64,000 nucleotides of DNA from a virus (Duplodnaviria; Caudoviricetes). Position 1 is the stretch's first letter. Every line of letters starts with the position of its first letter. A model generated the notes under the pieces. That model saw only the letters and a list, made by a program, of their open reading frames with translations. It had not been told where the DNA came from and searched no databases. Below are positions 37,688 through 47,542 of the stretch, one piece after another. Made by a program: the position numbers and the translations under genes. Location of the stretch: the IMG/VR virus record IMGVR_UViG_3300008259_003073; one strand, written 5' to 3'.

Positions 37688-38467
37688 TTATTCTCCCCAA
37701 TGGTTTTTACGAAGTTCATATACATCGATTGGCTCACGTTTCATGTGATTACCTTGATTAAAGTATGCTCCTTTTTTTAGATATCCACCCAAAAAGTTTC
37801 GTCTAAATCTATTTGATTTATTTGGTTCTGAACCATGAATTGTGTGTGAGTGAAGTAAAACAACTTCTCCTTTACGAAGATATCCTTCTACTTTTCTAAA
37901 ATCATGTCCTTCTGGCATAACACACGGCTTACCTCTTTCGTTTCTCCAAAACTTTGGATTACTCTTTGCTCTTTCCTCATCAATTTCAATCGGTAAGACT
38001 GGTAATCTGTGTGAACCTTCGTAATTCCAAACTGCTCCGTTTTCGGGATCGTGGTTATCCAACGCTAAAGCAGTATTGATAATTTCGTTATGTTTACAAC
38101 CTGTATAGAATCCATTTTGGTGTTGGTCTCTACCCAATTGTCCTGGTGGTTTGAAATATGCCCAAGTTTGTAAGCCTATCAACTCCCCCTCCATCAAAAA
38201 CTCCATTGCTTCAATCAACTTTGGATGGACAAATAATTTTTCTAATTTTGATGATAATTTGTGTGGATATGCAAATGGGTCCCATTCTCCCCATTCATCA
38301 CCATTGTCTTTAGTAGTCAATGACCGTTCTTGACGTAATCTTTCTAATTCATCATTAATTTCATCACATTGTTCCTCTGTAAGGAGTTGTAATACGGTCC
38401 AACCTCGATATCTCCAATCGAAGGTCATTTGTTGAATTTCTTCTTGTGTAAGATGTTTAAATGCCAT
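37688..38467 (-). CDS. PhyH-family Fe(II)/2-oxoglutarate dioxygenase
   Basis: YFKPPG...H-Q-N, ALDNHDPENGA...GSH, GEVVLLHSHTIHGS, RR. Confidence 0.85.
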   Translation of the reverse strand: MAFKHLTQEEIQQMTFDWRYRGWTVLQLLTEEQCDEINDELERLRQERSLTTKDNGDEWGEWDPFAYPHKLSSKLEKLFVHPKLIEAMEFLMEGELIGLQTWAYFKPPGQLGRDQHQNGFYTGCKHNEIINTALALDNHDPENGAVWNYEGSHRLPVLPIEIDEERAKSNPKFWRNERGKPCVMPEGHDFRKVEGYLRKGEVVLLHSHTIHGSEPNKSNRFRRNFLGGYLKKGAYFNQGNHMKREPIDVYELRKNHWGE

Positions 38468-38489
38468 AACTATTAATTTGTTCTTTAGG

Positions 38490-38521
38490 TAAATATACTA
38501 TAAATATTTTTTATTTCCAAA
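38490..38521 (-). promoter_or_regulatory. Overlapping Bacteroidota-type promoter and late-type motif
   Basis: TTTG-N20-TATATTTA (38490-38521) with ATATTTATA at 38499-38507 in the spacer. Confidence 0.5.
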
Positions 38522-38534
38522 TTTTTAAATAATT

Positions 38535-38912
38535 TTATGATTTGTAAAATTGTGTTACATTTGGTAAATACAATCCTATATTTTTTAATGTAGTAGATGC
38601 AATGAACAAAGATGATTTATTTGAATCAATGATTCCCTTATCGGTAATATCACCTTTTTCATTATAAACTGCATTTAATGGTCCTGATATTCTCCATCTA
38701 ACGATTTCAACATTCCAATTTGGATTTTCATTTAATTTTTGAAATGTATTTAATGAAATTTCATATACAAATCCGTTTACATCGTTTGCTTTTTGTGCAA
38801 AATATCTATCTATACTTCCAATTGAATAATCGTCTTCGGTTGGAGACGGTACAATCGTACTTGGAGTAGATAGTGGATAAAAAGTTTTATTTTTAATTAA
38901 ATCTTTATACAT
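38535..38912 (-). CDS. Hypothetical protein (tail module)
   Basis: Likely start MYKDLIK at 38912, just after the upstream stop at 38914; RYFAQK, WRISG. Confidence 0.65.
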   Translation of the reverse strand: MYKDLIKNKTFYPLSTPSTIVPSPTEDDYSIGSIDRYFAQKANDVNGFVYEISLNTFQKLNENPNWNVEIVRWRISGPLNAVYNEKGDITDKGIIDSNKSSLFIASTTLKNIGLYLPNVTQFYKS

Positions 38913-38913
38913 A

Positions 38914-41148
38914 TTAATCTTCTTCTTCTTCTTTAACTTCAATTCTATAAGATGCGACAATTGTAGTTTTCCAACCATTTTCATCTAATCCATGTTTTAC
39001 ATTCGTAATTTGAAAATACCCATTTCTGTTGTATATTTCAGGAACTCCATCTATAAGGAAATATTCTCCAGAACTCAATCCAGCAATTCCATCTATTGCT
39101 AGAGTTATTTCTAAAAATGTTAGAGCAGTGGTTCCTTTTGATTGTTTTCCTATTGTAGATTGTATTAAACTTTTATCAGTATAAATTAAATTATTAGCAG
39201 AAGTTTTACTATCTTTATTTGATTTAAATTTAACGAAATTTTGACTCAAAACTTCATTCATATTTGTTTTTTCCTTTTCCCCATCTTTGTTTTCGGTAAT
39301 GTTTGTTACACTTCCTCCAGAAGTTAGAATTTTATTCCATTCATCGGAATCTTTTACCAATTTAATTTCAAGAGCATTTATTGAATAGTATCCATCAGCA
39401 TTTGGTGTTCTATAATTAATAGCATCTTTATATGTTCTACTTGCATTTGTTTCCGTATCTTCAGTTTTATCCTTTTGAATATTATTTATTGCAAGTTGAG
39501 ATGAATATAATGCCTGTGATTGAGCTAAAACATCTAATGCCATATCAAACGTAAATTCTTTTACGATAGAACCCTTTGCACCTATTTTAAATCTATATTT
39601 TTCAACAGGTGGTGGTGGTGTTTGTAATTTTCTATCAATTATAGTATTAGTTGAAGAAGCGTTTGGATTATCATCTGGTTTACCGATTTCTAATTCACAT
39701 AACCCAAACATATTATCATTAATCAAACTTGTTAAAGCATTTACAATATCAGCTTGAGCGTATGCTTGTGAATAAAATTGTACAAATGTGGACCATTTAA
39801 CAAATACATTTAAAAGATTACCACTTATAGATGATAATGAAACAGTTTCAGATGTGTTAGATTTACTGGTTAATGTTATGTTTGTAGCTTCTTTTCCATT
39901 TGAAATATTAAAACTATATCCATTTATCGGCGCATCTACAAAACTTCCGCTTTTATCTATTATTATTTGTTCTTTTAAATTAGCATCAGTTACTACTTTT
40001 ATAGATGGTAATCGTCCTGGTAATATAAAATCTGATGTAGTTGATATAATATGTGGTGATGAATTTACTGGTATAATATCTTTACCATCCAATGTATACG
40101 CCGCATCTAAAATGTTTTTAGATTGTTTATATACCTGAATATTATTTAATATTTTCATTAGTAATCTAAATGAAACATATTGTTCTTTATTAAATTTAGT
40201 ATCTTCCTGCTTTTCGTTTAAAACCCCCCAGTTAAAAAATTCATTCTTGTCATCTTTTTCAGTTATTACGTTTTCAAGTGGTGGTTCATTCATATCCGCA
40301 GCGATTTTTTTAACCCAAGATTGAAATCCTGTTACGTTTGGGTCACTTGAAGGTTTACTTCCTTTCGCTGCTGGTTTTGCTTGTTTTACGGGCATCCATA
40401 ATTGCAATTCATTTCCTGCGGATACTTCTAACATTATATCGTATGTACCATCTTCCTGGGGACTGAATGTGTAATTAGTAACATTCCCTGCCATGTAATC
40501 ATACTCATAGTTAGTTTCCTCTATCGTTTTTAAATACGCCAATCTAGCCTCTCTATATGCGTTATCTTTGTGAGAAAATATTTTCATATAGGCATCTACA
40601 TAATCTGTAAATTTCTTTTTTGCAAATAATTTAGAACCAATTATATATTTATTGGATTTGTTTTTAATATCAGTATTCCACCCCCATTCTACTACAACTT
40701 TAGTAGCAGGTCTTAAAAAAAACAATTCAAACATTTCTAGTTGTTTCAAACTAAATACTTTTATTTGAAGTTGTGCAGTTTTTAGTGTATTATTATTACC
40801 ATCCGTATCCAACTCCATTGATAATATAATTGGAGTAGATATTCTTCTATTTGTTTCTTTTAGAACTTCTATTGGTTTCCCATTTAAATCATATCCAACA
40901 ATTGTGTTACCAGTTTGATATAAGTTTTTTATATCAGTAGTATTTGCAACCACACATCCTTGAAACGCGTTTGTATAATCTTGATTTTTTACTATTTCTT
41001 CATACGGAATACTTTTATCCGTAACTACGGTAGCAGAACTCAACATGATAAATGGTGATAGAGAATTTACATAACTAATATCATTTTCTCTTTCTGTTAA
41101 TTTTTTTACTATACCCGGTTTTAAAGGGGCTAAAAATGGAAATCCCAT
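38914..41148 (-). CDS. Putative baseplate hub / tail structural protein
   Basis: 744 aa; C-terminal GEYFLIDG...YFQITNVKH...WKTTI resembles hub-like late-control proteins; position in tail module. Confidence 0.55.
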   Translation of the reverse strand: MGFPFLAPLKPGIVKKLTERENDISYVNSLSPFIMLSSATVVTDKSIPYEEIVKNQDYTNAFQGCVVANTTDIKNLYQTGNTIVGYDLNGKPIEVLKETNRRISTPIILSMELDTDGNNNTLKTAQLQIKVFSLKQLEMFELFFLRPATKVVVEWGWNTDIKNKSNKYIIGSKLFAKKKFTDYVDAYMKIFSHKDNAYREARLAYLKTIEETNYEYDYMAGNVTNYTFSPQEDGTYDIMLEVSAGNELQLWMPVKQAKPAAKGSKPSSDPNVTGFQSWVKKIAADMNEPPLENVITEKDDKNEFFNWGVLNEKQEDTKFNKEQYVSFRLLMKILNNIQVYKQSKNILDAAYTLDGKDIIPVNSSPHIISTTSDFILPGRLPSIKVVTDANLKEQIIIDKSGSFVDAPINGYSFNISNGKEATNITLTSKSNTSETVSLSSISGNLLNVFVKWSTFVQFYSQAYAQADIVNALTSLINDNMFGLCELEIGKPDDNPNASSTNTIIDRKLQTPPPPVEKYRFKIGAKGSIVKEFTFDMALDVLAQSQALYSSQLAINNIQKDKTEDTETNASRTYKDAINYRTPNADGYYSINALEIKLVKDSDEWNKILTSGGSVTNITENKDGEKEKTNMNEVLSQNFVKFKSNKDSKTSANNLIYTDKSLIQSTIGKQSKGTTALTFLEITLAIDGIAGLSSGEYFLIDGVPEIYNRNGYFQITNVKHGLDENGWKTTIVASYRIEVKEEEED

Positions 41149-41152
41149 AACT

Positions 41153-41455
41153 TTATTTATTTATTTTTTCTAAATCATTTAATACCGTAGATATGCTACC
41201 TGGAATTCTTAATTGAGTTCCTGGATTTATAAAAAACGATGCATCATTTAAGTTATTTGCAACTGCTATTACCCACCATAATGCTTTATCTCCAAAATAT
41301 TTAGAAGCAAGTATATCCAATCTATCCGATGCCTCTGAAATAATATAAAAATCATTATCGGATGGTTTTATTTTTGGATATATAGTACTACTTATATACT
41401 GCTTTTTAGTATCTTTGGTTGTTAAATTTTTGGAATACAAATATCTACTTGCCAT
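41153..41455 (-). CDS. LysM-like baseplate protein (gp53/tail X-like)
   Basis: DRLDILASKYFGDKALWWVIAVAN...GTQLRIP. Confidence 0.8.
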   Translation of the reverse strand: MASRYLYSKNLTTKDTKKQYISSTIYPKIKPSDNDFYIISEASDRLDILASKYFGDKALWWVIAVANNLNDASFFINPGTQLRIPGSISTVLNDLEKINK

Positions 41456-42909
41456 TATTCTTTTGTTTCATTTATAATAAATTTACCACCATTTATTCGA
41501 GAAGTACTCATTCCCCATACATTGTTAAAATCATTATTAGGTGTTATACCATCGGATTGATATGATAATCCATCGAAATTGTACTTGTATTTAGTTATTC
41601 CTCCTTCGGTTACTGTTTTATGATTTTCAATAATTTTCATACCAATTTGTACATCTATTACAGATGGATATAGTGTATTATCATTATTTAATCCAAATTT
41701 TACATAAATAGGATGTCTTCCATCTTGTGAGCCATTAGGGTCACCATTAGGCCATACGGTATTATCATCTATTTCAAATGATAAACTTTCTATATATCCG
41801 TAAATGTTTTTATACATATCACCAATTGTTAAGTAAAACAAATTTGGAGAAAATGCATATTGTGAAGTTTGCGTATCATTACCATATTTCATTTGTGAAA
41901 TTTCTTCATAAGGAAATGCTAATGATTTAAGATAATTTACCTTTTTTATCATTACATCTTTTTCTTTAACAGTTGTGTAATATAATTTTAAAGTAAATTG
42001 TAAAGTACGCTCCACTCCCAAATATCTATTCACTTTAAATGGTGAACCTAAATATCTGAAATTTGTCCATTCAGGACTTACATTTTCAGATAATCCTGTT
42101 ACTGCTCCCGCAAATGGAACTATTGATTTATTTCCTTCTTTTCTGAATAATACCCAAATTTGATTTACATCTCTATATTTTTGTATATCGGTATTTAATA
42201 AAGTTATATCATCATATTTTTCCTTCTCATTTACATTTTTAGTAGCACCATCCCATCCGTTTCTAGAAATTCCATTTCTAAATTCAGTAGATGTTATTGT
42301 ATCATCAGTAAGTGGACTTTTTGCAGGTGTGAATCCACCAAAACTCAAGTTTGTAATTTGTTTATAATCTGAAAACTTTTTTTCTGGAGCCATAGTCTTA
42401 CCTCCAAGTTGGGTTCTTCCAAATAATGGAGCAAACCCTTCAGGAGCTCCATTTTTTATTTTTAATTCTTTTGCTAATTTTTTTAATTCTCTGGCTGAAC
42501 CAAATTTATTTAAAGCCTGTTGAGCAACAAATCCAGCTGCTGAAGCAGGAGATGTTCCATCTAATAACCTTTTTATTATTGAGTTTGGAGCGGGTGTATC
42601 TTTTACATAATAAGATTTACCAGCTTCTACCGCGTTTCTTAATTGAGCTTGAGTTAATGCAACGAGGGTTATTGGTTTTGCAAATGGTAATTCACTTCTA
42701 AAAATAGTATCATCTGGCCTGTTTGCAAATCCACCTAAAGCACCTCCGACTTGATTTCCAACGATATCTGCTACTTTATTGGGTGATGATGTTAATAATG
42801 CTGCACTACGGGCTACATCAACGAATCCTTTGCTTTCAATTCGGACTTCTCCTAATTTTCCATAAAGGTCTTTTTTTTGTGATTTGAAAAGGTCTCTAAT
42901 TTGTGCCAT
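41455..42909 (-). CDS. Baseplate / tail tube initiator-like protein
   Basis: C-terminal LSENVSPEW...YLG...RTLQFTL...P...LTIGD tube-like module. Confidence 0.6.
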   Translation of the reverse strand: MAQIRDLFKSQKKDLYGKLGEVRIESKGFVDVARSAALLTSSPNKVADIVGNQVGGALGGFANRPDDTIFRSELPFAKPITLVALTQAQLRNAVEAGKSYYVKDTPAPNSIIKRLLDGTSPASAAGFVAQQALNKFGSARELKKLAKELKIKNGAPEGFAPLFGRTQLGGKTMAPEKKFSDYKQITNLSFGGFTPAKSPLTDDTITSTEFRNGISRNGWDGATKNVNEKEKYDDITLLNTDIQKYRDVNQIWVLFRKEGNKSIVPFAGAVTGLSENVSPEWTNFRYLGSPFKVNRYLGVERTLQFTLKLYYTTVKEKDVMIKKVNYLKSLAFPYEEISQMKYGNDTQTSQYAFSPNLFYLTIGDMYKNIYGYIESLSFEIDDNTVWPNGDPNGSQDGRHPIYVKFGLNNDNTLYPSVIDVQIGMKIIENHKTVTEGGITKYKYNFDGLSYQSDGITPNNDFNNVWGMSTSRINGGKFIINETKE

Positions 42910-42927
42910 CTATAGTTCTACATTTAC

Positions 42928-42936
42928 TATAAATAT
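42928..42936 (-). promoter_or_regulatory. Late-type motif ATATTTATA
   Basis: Exact 9-mer 18 nt upstream of the 42909 start. Confidence 0.5.
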
Positions 42937-42971
42937 CTCTAATTCAGATTTATTATTAATTTTCAAATGTA

Positions 42972-45779
42972 TTATATGAAATCACCAATGGTCTTTCTAC
43001 CGTTTCCACCTAATGCATAAGACCTTCTGGCTTCTTCACGAAGTCTTTCTGAAATTACTTTACCATCCAGATTAAGTGTGCCTTCAAATAGACCTTGTGT
43101 ATTTATAGCAATTTCTGTCAATATTGTAGTAGCCAATCCGAGTAATGAAACGGTTTCTATTTGTAAAGCGGAATTAAATTCGGCTTCAGTTAATTGACTA
43201 GCTCCTGTTTCTTGTAGTTTTTTATCTAACTCTTCTTGAGTTAACGCTTGAGTAAATAACTGACTACCATTGGTTATTGTGGCATTTTTAGCTTCGTCCA
43301 TTTTTAGCTTTACTTCCTCCTGGTTTGCTACGTCAGATAGGCCGTTTGTTGCAACATTATTAGCTAATTCTAATGTTTTCTCTGTATTTTCTTCAGTAGC
43401 TGCAACTGTAGATTTATAACCTACTAAATTTGCCTGTCTTAATTCTTCTAATTTTTTCTGGTCAACAAAATACTCTGTATTGGCTTGGCCTTTAAATCGT
43501 CCTTGTTGTATTATCACCTGTTGTGACCCAACTAAACTCTTTATCATCTCAAATTCTTTATCCGATACTCCCTGCTGCTTTTTCCAATAGGCTCCCCCAT
43601 CACGTAAAATGGGACCTCCTTCATTAATAAAAGATTGCGCAAGATTTTGAATTCGTCTAATTTCTCTATCTGTGTCCTTATTCTTGTCTGCTATTTGAGT
43701 TCCAAATGTAGATTGAGTTACTTGTCCCAATGTTGCTTCTACCGCTGCTTTATCTTTCATATCCACATTATTTTTCTCTAATGCATCATTGAAAGATAAA
43801 ACTAATTTACCAACATCTTCACTTTTTATACGTTCCTCCTTCAATAACTGCATTACTAGATTACTAGTTTCTGCACCTTGTCCTATACTCGCATCTAACC
43901 CATAAGCCGCCATTGCGGTGGCCATATCTGATTTACTTTTCGCACCCATCAAAAGAGCACCACTTGCAACGTCAGCTAACTCCTGTGCTGCTAGGTCTTC
44001 CTTTTCCATATCGGCAGCAAACTTTAATTCCCAGTATGCTCTATATCTTGCTTCTTCTTTTATTAAATCCATTTTTTGAGCCTGTTCTAACAACATCATT
44101 GCCGCTCTCTGTCTCTGCTCAAACTCTAATAACTTTTTTCTCTGTTCTTGCTCTAATGCCAATTTTGCACCAGCATTTGCCAAATCTTGATTAAGAGCCG
44201 CATCTGCAAATGCTTTTCCTTTGGCAGCTTCCGCTTTTAATTCACCAGCAACTTTTGGGTCTTCTTTACCTTCCATTAATGCCATTAACGCAGATATATC
44301 CATTCCGGTAGCCTGTGATAATTGTTGTTTAGCAAATGGATTCATTGCACCGATATCCATGCCACCCAACGCGGATTTAAGAGCAGCTGCACCTCCTGCT
44401 TGGTCACCTGCCATTAATTTAGCTCTTACTTCGGAAAGATTTACATTTTTACCCAACATTGCGGATAAACTCATTTCCGCTTTAATACTATCTTTATAGT
44501 TTAATACCATAGTATCCGATGCCTTCATCATTGATGACATTGATACACTCATTTTACTTAATAAAACCGCTTGTTTTGCAAAACTATCAGCAGTACCATT
44601 ACTGAATTTATATATATCTTCACCCGCTTCTTTAATTTGATTGAAGATTACTTGAGGTGCTATATCATTTATTTTAGCAAATGACTCAAATCCTCCTATT
44701 AAATTTTGAGCCGTTTCAGCTGAAGTTTTACCCATCAAACTGAATAATTTTGTCATATTCATGACATCCTCATCACTTCCACTTAAATGATATGCCAATC
44801 CTTGCGCGTTTTCAGATAGTTGAAAACTTTGTTTAATTCCCAATCCAAATGTAGCAGTGAATTTACCTACACCTTCGAGTATTTGTTTTGTACCAGAACC
44901 GATTGCTTTTAAGGCTCTTTCTGAAATTGTTGCATATTTTTCTATAAATGAGATACCAGAAGCTGATATTGCTTTTCGTTTTTCTAATTCAGCATCTAAT
45001 GTTTCTTTTGCTTGGTCTAATTGGAATTGTAACGCATCTTTTCTTAAACCCATTTCATACTCAACTTCATCCTTGACTAAACTATGTTCGAATGCCATCT
45101 TATCCATCGCAATCCCTTTTGAATGGTCAAAAATTTCTCTCTGAAGTTGTTGTTGTAATTCTAATGGTTTTTGATAAGCATATTTTGCATCTATTTTTCT
45201 AAATGCTTCCGTACCTTCTAAACTACCTTTCATGTCTGCTATCCCACCAGGCCCTAACATACTACCTTTATTTGTAGCCATTTTTACTCCTGCTACCAAT
45301 TTAGCTAATCCACCACTATTCCAAAAATCAAAGGCCATTTTTAAACCACTCAATACCATTCCTGCTGGTCCAGCTGCTCTTAATATCGCACCTCCAGCGG
45401 AACCTAGTCCTGCTGCAGCTTTACCCAACATACCACCTGTTCCACCACCACCCTTTATACCAGCTAATCCTTTTTTGAATCCATTAAAATTTTCCTTACC
45501 CATTAATTTTCCGGCTACGCGCATGGTTTTTTTACCGAACATGTTTTCAAATTGGTCGACAGCATTGGCCACTTTTTTCTGGTCCCCTCTTTCTGCTTTC
45601 TTTTCTGATTCTACCTTTTTCTTTGCTTTTCGGTCTAGCTCTTGTGTTTTTGCAAATCCGGCAAAAGAATCTGCTAATCTTTCTGCTACTTTTGAAAAAT
45701 TGTCAACAGTTGCTTGAAAAGTACCTATACTTCTTTCTTGAGCTAAATCTAATTCTTCTTGTTTGCGACTCTTTGCCAT
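42972..45779 (-). CDS. Tape measure protein
   Basis: 935 aa, Ala/Gly/Lys-rich helical, SLSAMLGKNVNLSEVR; follows tube and chaperone genes. Confidence 0.8.
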   Translation of the reverse strand: MAKSRKQEELDLAQERSIGTFQATVDNFSKVAERLADSFAGFAKTQELDRKAKKKVESEKKAERGDQKKVANAVDQFENMFGKKTMRVAGKLMGKENFNGFKKGLAGIKGGGGTGGMLGKAAAGLGSAGGAILRAAGPAGMVLSGLKMAFDFWNSGGLAKLVAGVKMATNKGSMLGPGGIADMKGSLEGTEAFRKIDAKYAYQKPLELQQQLQREIFDHSKGIAMDKMAFEHSLVKDEVEYEMGLRKDALQFQLDQAKETLDAELEKRKAISASGISFIEKYATISERALKAIGSGTKQILEGVGKFTATFGLGIKQSFQLSENAQGLAYHLSGSDEDVMNMTKLFSLMGKTSAETAQNLIGGFESFAKINDIAPQVIFNQIKEAGEDIYKFSNGTADSFAKQAVLLSKMSVSMSSMMKASDTMVLNYKDSIKAEMSLSAMLGKNVNLSEVRAKLMAGDQAGGAAALKSALGGMDIGAMNPFAKQQLSQATGMDISALMALMEGKEDPKVAGELKAEAAKGKAFADAALNQDLANAGAKLALEQEQRKKLLEFEQRQRAAMMLLEQAQKMDLIKEEARYRAYWELKFAADMEKEDLAAQELADVASGALLMGAKSKSDMATAMAAYGLDASIGQGAETSNLVMQLLKEERIKSEDVGKLVLSFNDALEKNNVDMKDKAAVEATLGQVTQSTFGTQIADKNKDTDREIRRIQNLAQSFINEGGPILRDGGAYWKKQQGVSDKEFEMIKSLVGSQQVIIQQGRFKGQANTEYFVDQKKLEELRQANLVGYKSTVAATEENTEKTLELANNVATNGLSDVANQEEVKLKMDEAKNATITNGSQLFTQALTQEELDKKLQETGASQLTEAEFNSALQIETVSLLGLATTILTEIAINTQGLFEGTLNLDGKVISERLREEARRSYALGGNGRKTIGDFI

Positions 45780-45799
45780 AGTTAATTATAATAATTACA

Positions 45800-45808
45800 T
45801 ATAAATAT
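45800..45808 (-). promoter_or_regulatory. Late-type motif ATATTTATA
   Basis: Exact 9-mer 20 nt upstream of the tape measure start. Confidence 0.5.
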
Positions 45809-45816
45809 ACATATTA

Positions 45817-46050
45817 CTATTTTCTTCGTGCTCTACTAGGAGCAGATGCTGCTTTTTTAGTCGCGTTTTCATACAATTTAGCTTCGGTGTTCTTACTATT
45901 AAGTAATTCATTCCAATAAAATTCTCTTAATTTAGTGGGCATGAAATATACATCATGCCAAGTAAACCCGCCATTTGAGTTATAGATTAGTGAAAATATT
46001 TGTTTGTGTAAAGTTACAGAATGATTAGTCGGCAGGGTAAAAAAAGTCAA
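45817..46050 (-). CDS. Tail assembly chaperone extension (gpT-like), probably reached by frameshift
   Basis: No good start (TTG); in the +1 frame relative to the upstream gene across a T7 run. Confidence 0.6.
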   Translation of the reverse strand: MTFFTLPTNHSVTLHKQIFSLIYNSNGGFTWHDVYFMPTKLREFYWNELLNSKNTEAKLYENATKKAASAPSRARRK

Positions 46051-46843
46051 GTCCTATTGGGACTTTAAGAGCCTCCTTCTCCCCTGTGAACGGTGATGTA
46101 TATTCAAAACTTAAATTTATATCTGGAGTAATTTTTTGTATATATTTTCTTAAAGCTCTGGAGTCAGAAGCTCTCAATTGATTTACAACAAAATTACTGA
46201 TAAAACCCAAATCTCTGTTACCATCTATTTCTAAAATAATTCTTCTTAATCGTGTAGTAACTTCTTTACCTTCTTTCAAAGTTTTTTCAGATGCTTCAAT
46301 ATCTTTATTTATAGCCATTTCATCACCATGCGTCAATAATTTAAATTTAATTATTGATTTAGATTGTGGTAATGTGAATTGATATTCATTTTCTCTGTTA
46401 AGTAAATTTTCATCAATTTCTTTAATTGATAATTTACTCATATCAACTTTAGTTTGAACTGCTTCGTTTTCTACTGGGTCTGTAACGGTAACATCATACT
46501 CTGGTCCGTATGCCAACACTCTAGTTGCAATTAGAATTGCATTCTTATCTCCAATTATCAAATCAGAAAGACTTACTCCTGGTTCTACAATTATTGATTC
46601 TAATAATTTATCAATTACTATACCCTTACGGATAAGATTTGTAGAAGTAAGAATATCTTCTTCTTTAGCAGTCATTAATTTAACAGTCACCTCACCTTTT
46701 GATAATGGAGATGATTCGGGATAACATAATCCCTTTGATGGTAAACTAATAATTTCCGTTGGGAATGGATACGATTTTTGTTGTTGATAAACAGGATTAG
46801 AATTTAATCCTCTACTAACTGCTTGTTCGGTAATTTCTTCCAT
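46025..46843 (-). CDS. Tail assembly chaperone / baseplate hub assembly protein (gp26-like)
   Basis: LPSKGLCY, MTAKEEDIL, GDKNAILIATR; likely start MEEITE at 46843 because the longer start lies inside a terminator hairpin. Confidence 0.75.
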   Translation of the reverse strand: MEEITEQAVSRGLNSNPVYQQQKSYPFPTEIISLPSKGLCYPESSPLSKGEVTVKLMTAKEEDILTSTNLIRKGIVIDKLLESIIVEPGVSLSDLIIGDKNAILIATRVLAYGPEYDVTVTDPVENEAVQTKVDMSKLSIKEIDENLLNRENEYQFTLPQSKSIIKFKLLTHGDEMAINKDIEASEKTLKEGKEVTTRLRRIILEIDGNRDLGFISNFVVNQLRASDSRALRKYIQKITPDINLSFEYTSPFTGEKEALKVPIGLDFFYPAD

Positions 46844-46864
46844 AATAATAACATTTTGTTTAAT

Positions 46865-46873
46865 TATAAGTAT
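46865..46873 (-). promoter_or_regulatory. Late-type motif variant ATACTTATA
   Basis: One mismatch; 21 nt upstream of 46843. Confidence 0.4.
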
Positions 46874-46882
46874 ATGTAAAAC

Positions 46883-46912
46883 AAAAAAATGGGATGTATT
46901 TCTACACCCCAT
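46883..46912 (-). terminator. Rho-independent terminator
   Basis: ATGGGGTGTA-GAAA-TACATCCCAT (one G-U) followed by a T-run. Confidence 0.8.
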
Positions 46913-46940
46913 ATTAAATTATTTTAAAATACTATTTTAA

Positions 46941-47135
46941 CTACCAACCAGGATAACCCCTTTGAGCTAATTCCTGTGTAACCTCATGATACTTCTCCTC
47001 ACTCACTACACCATTCCAAAAACACCAATCATAATTGGTCTTATGGGGGTCATTATGTCCATTGAACTCCGCAGTAGAAATCAACAAATCACAATACTCA
47101 CTTACACTCATGCCAGCAATTTCTTCAGTTTCCAT
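46941..47135 (-). CDS. Small hypothetical protein
   Basis: 64-aa acidic ORF in a promoter/terminator-bounded cassette. Confidence 0.55.
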   Translation of the reverse strand: METEEIAGMSVSEYCDLLISTAEFNGHNDPHKTNYDWCFWNGVVSEEKYHEVTQELAQRGYPGW

Positions 47136-47153
47136 ATCTTATTTATTTATTTG

Positions 47154-47417
47154 TTAGTATTCAATTAAGGAAATTGGAACGATAAACACACCACCACTCT
47201 TTACACTTAAAGTAGCCTTTGTTCGATTAATTTTATTAACCCACAAATCTTTACCTCGCAATTTCGGGTGATTAACCGTAACTTGCATACCCACACTTAA
47301 ACCCACTTTCTTTTGAAGTGATTCGATATTGCGTTTTTGTTTGATTAACTCAACAACAATCTGATTGATGTTACGCAATTCTGATACTGACAATTTTGAT
47401 AATTCTGAAATGTTCAT
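47154..47417 (-). CDS. Small hypothetical protein (SH3/KOW-like C-terminus)
   Basis: 87 aa; LSVGMQVTV...KINRTKA pattern. Confidence 0.6.
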   Translation of the reverse strand: MNISELSKLSVSELRNINQIVVELIKQKRNIESLQKKVGLSVGMQVTVNHPKLRGKDLWVNKINRTKATLSVKSGGVFIVPISLIEY

Positions 47418-47462
47418 AACTTTTAGATTTTAGATTTTAAATGTTTAACTCTTATTACATAG

Positions 47463-47494
47463 TAAAGGTAATACATTCTGCTATAAAAGTCAAG
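47463..47494 (-). promoter_or_regulatory. Putative host-type promoter
   Basis: CTTG-N20-TACCTTTA upstream of 47417. Confidence 0.5.
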
Positions 47495-47542
47495 TCTTTT
47501 TTCAATTATTTTTTAAATTTATAATGGTTCTAAATAAGACAT

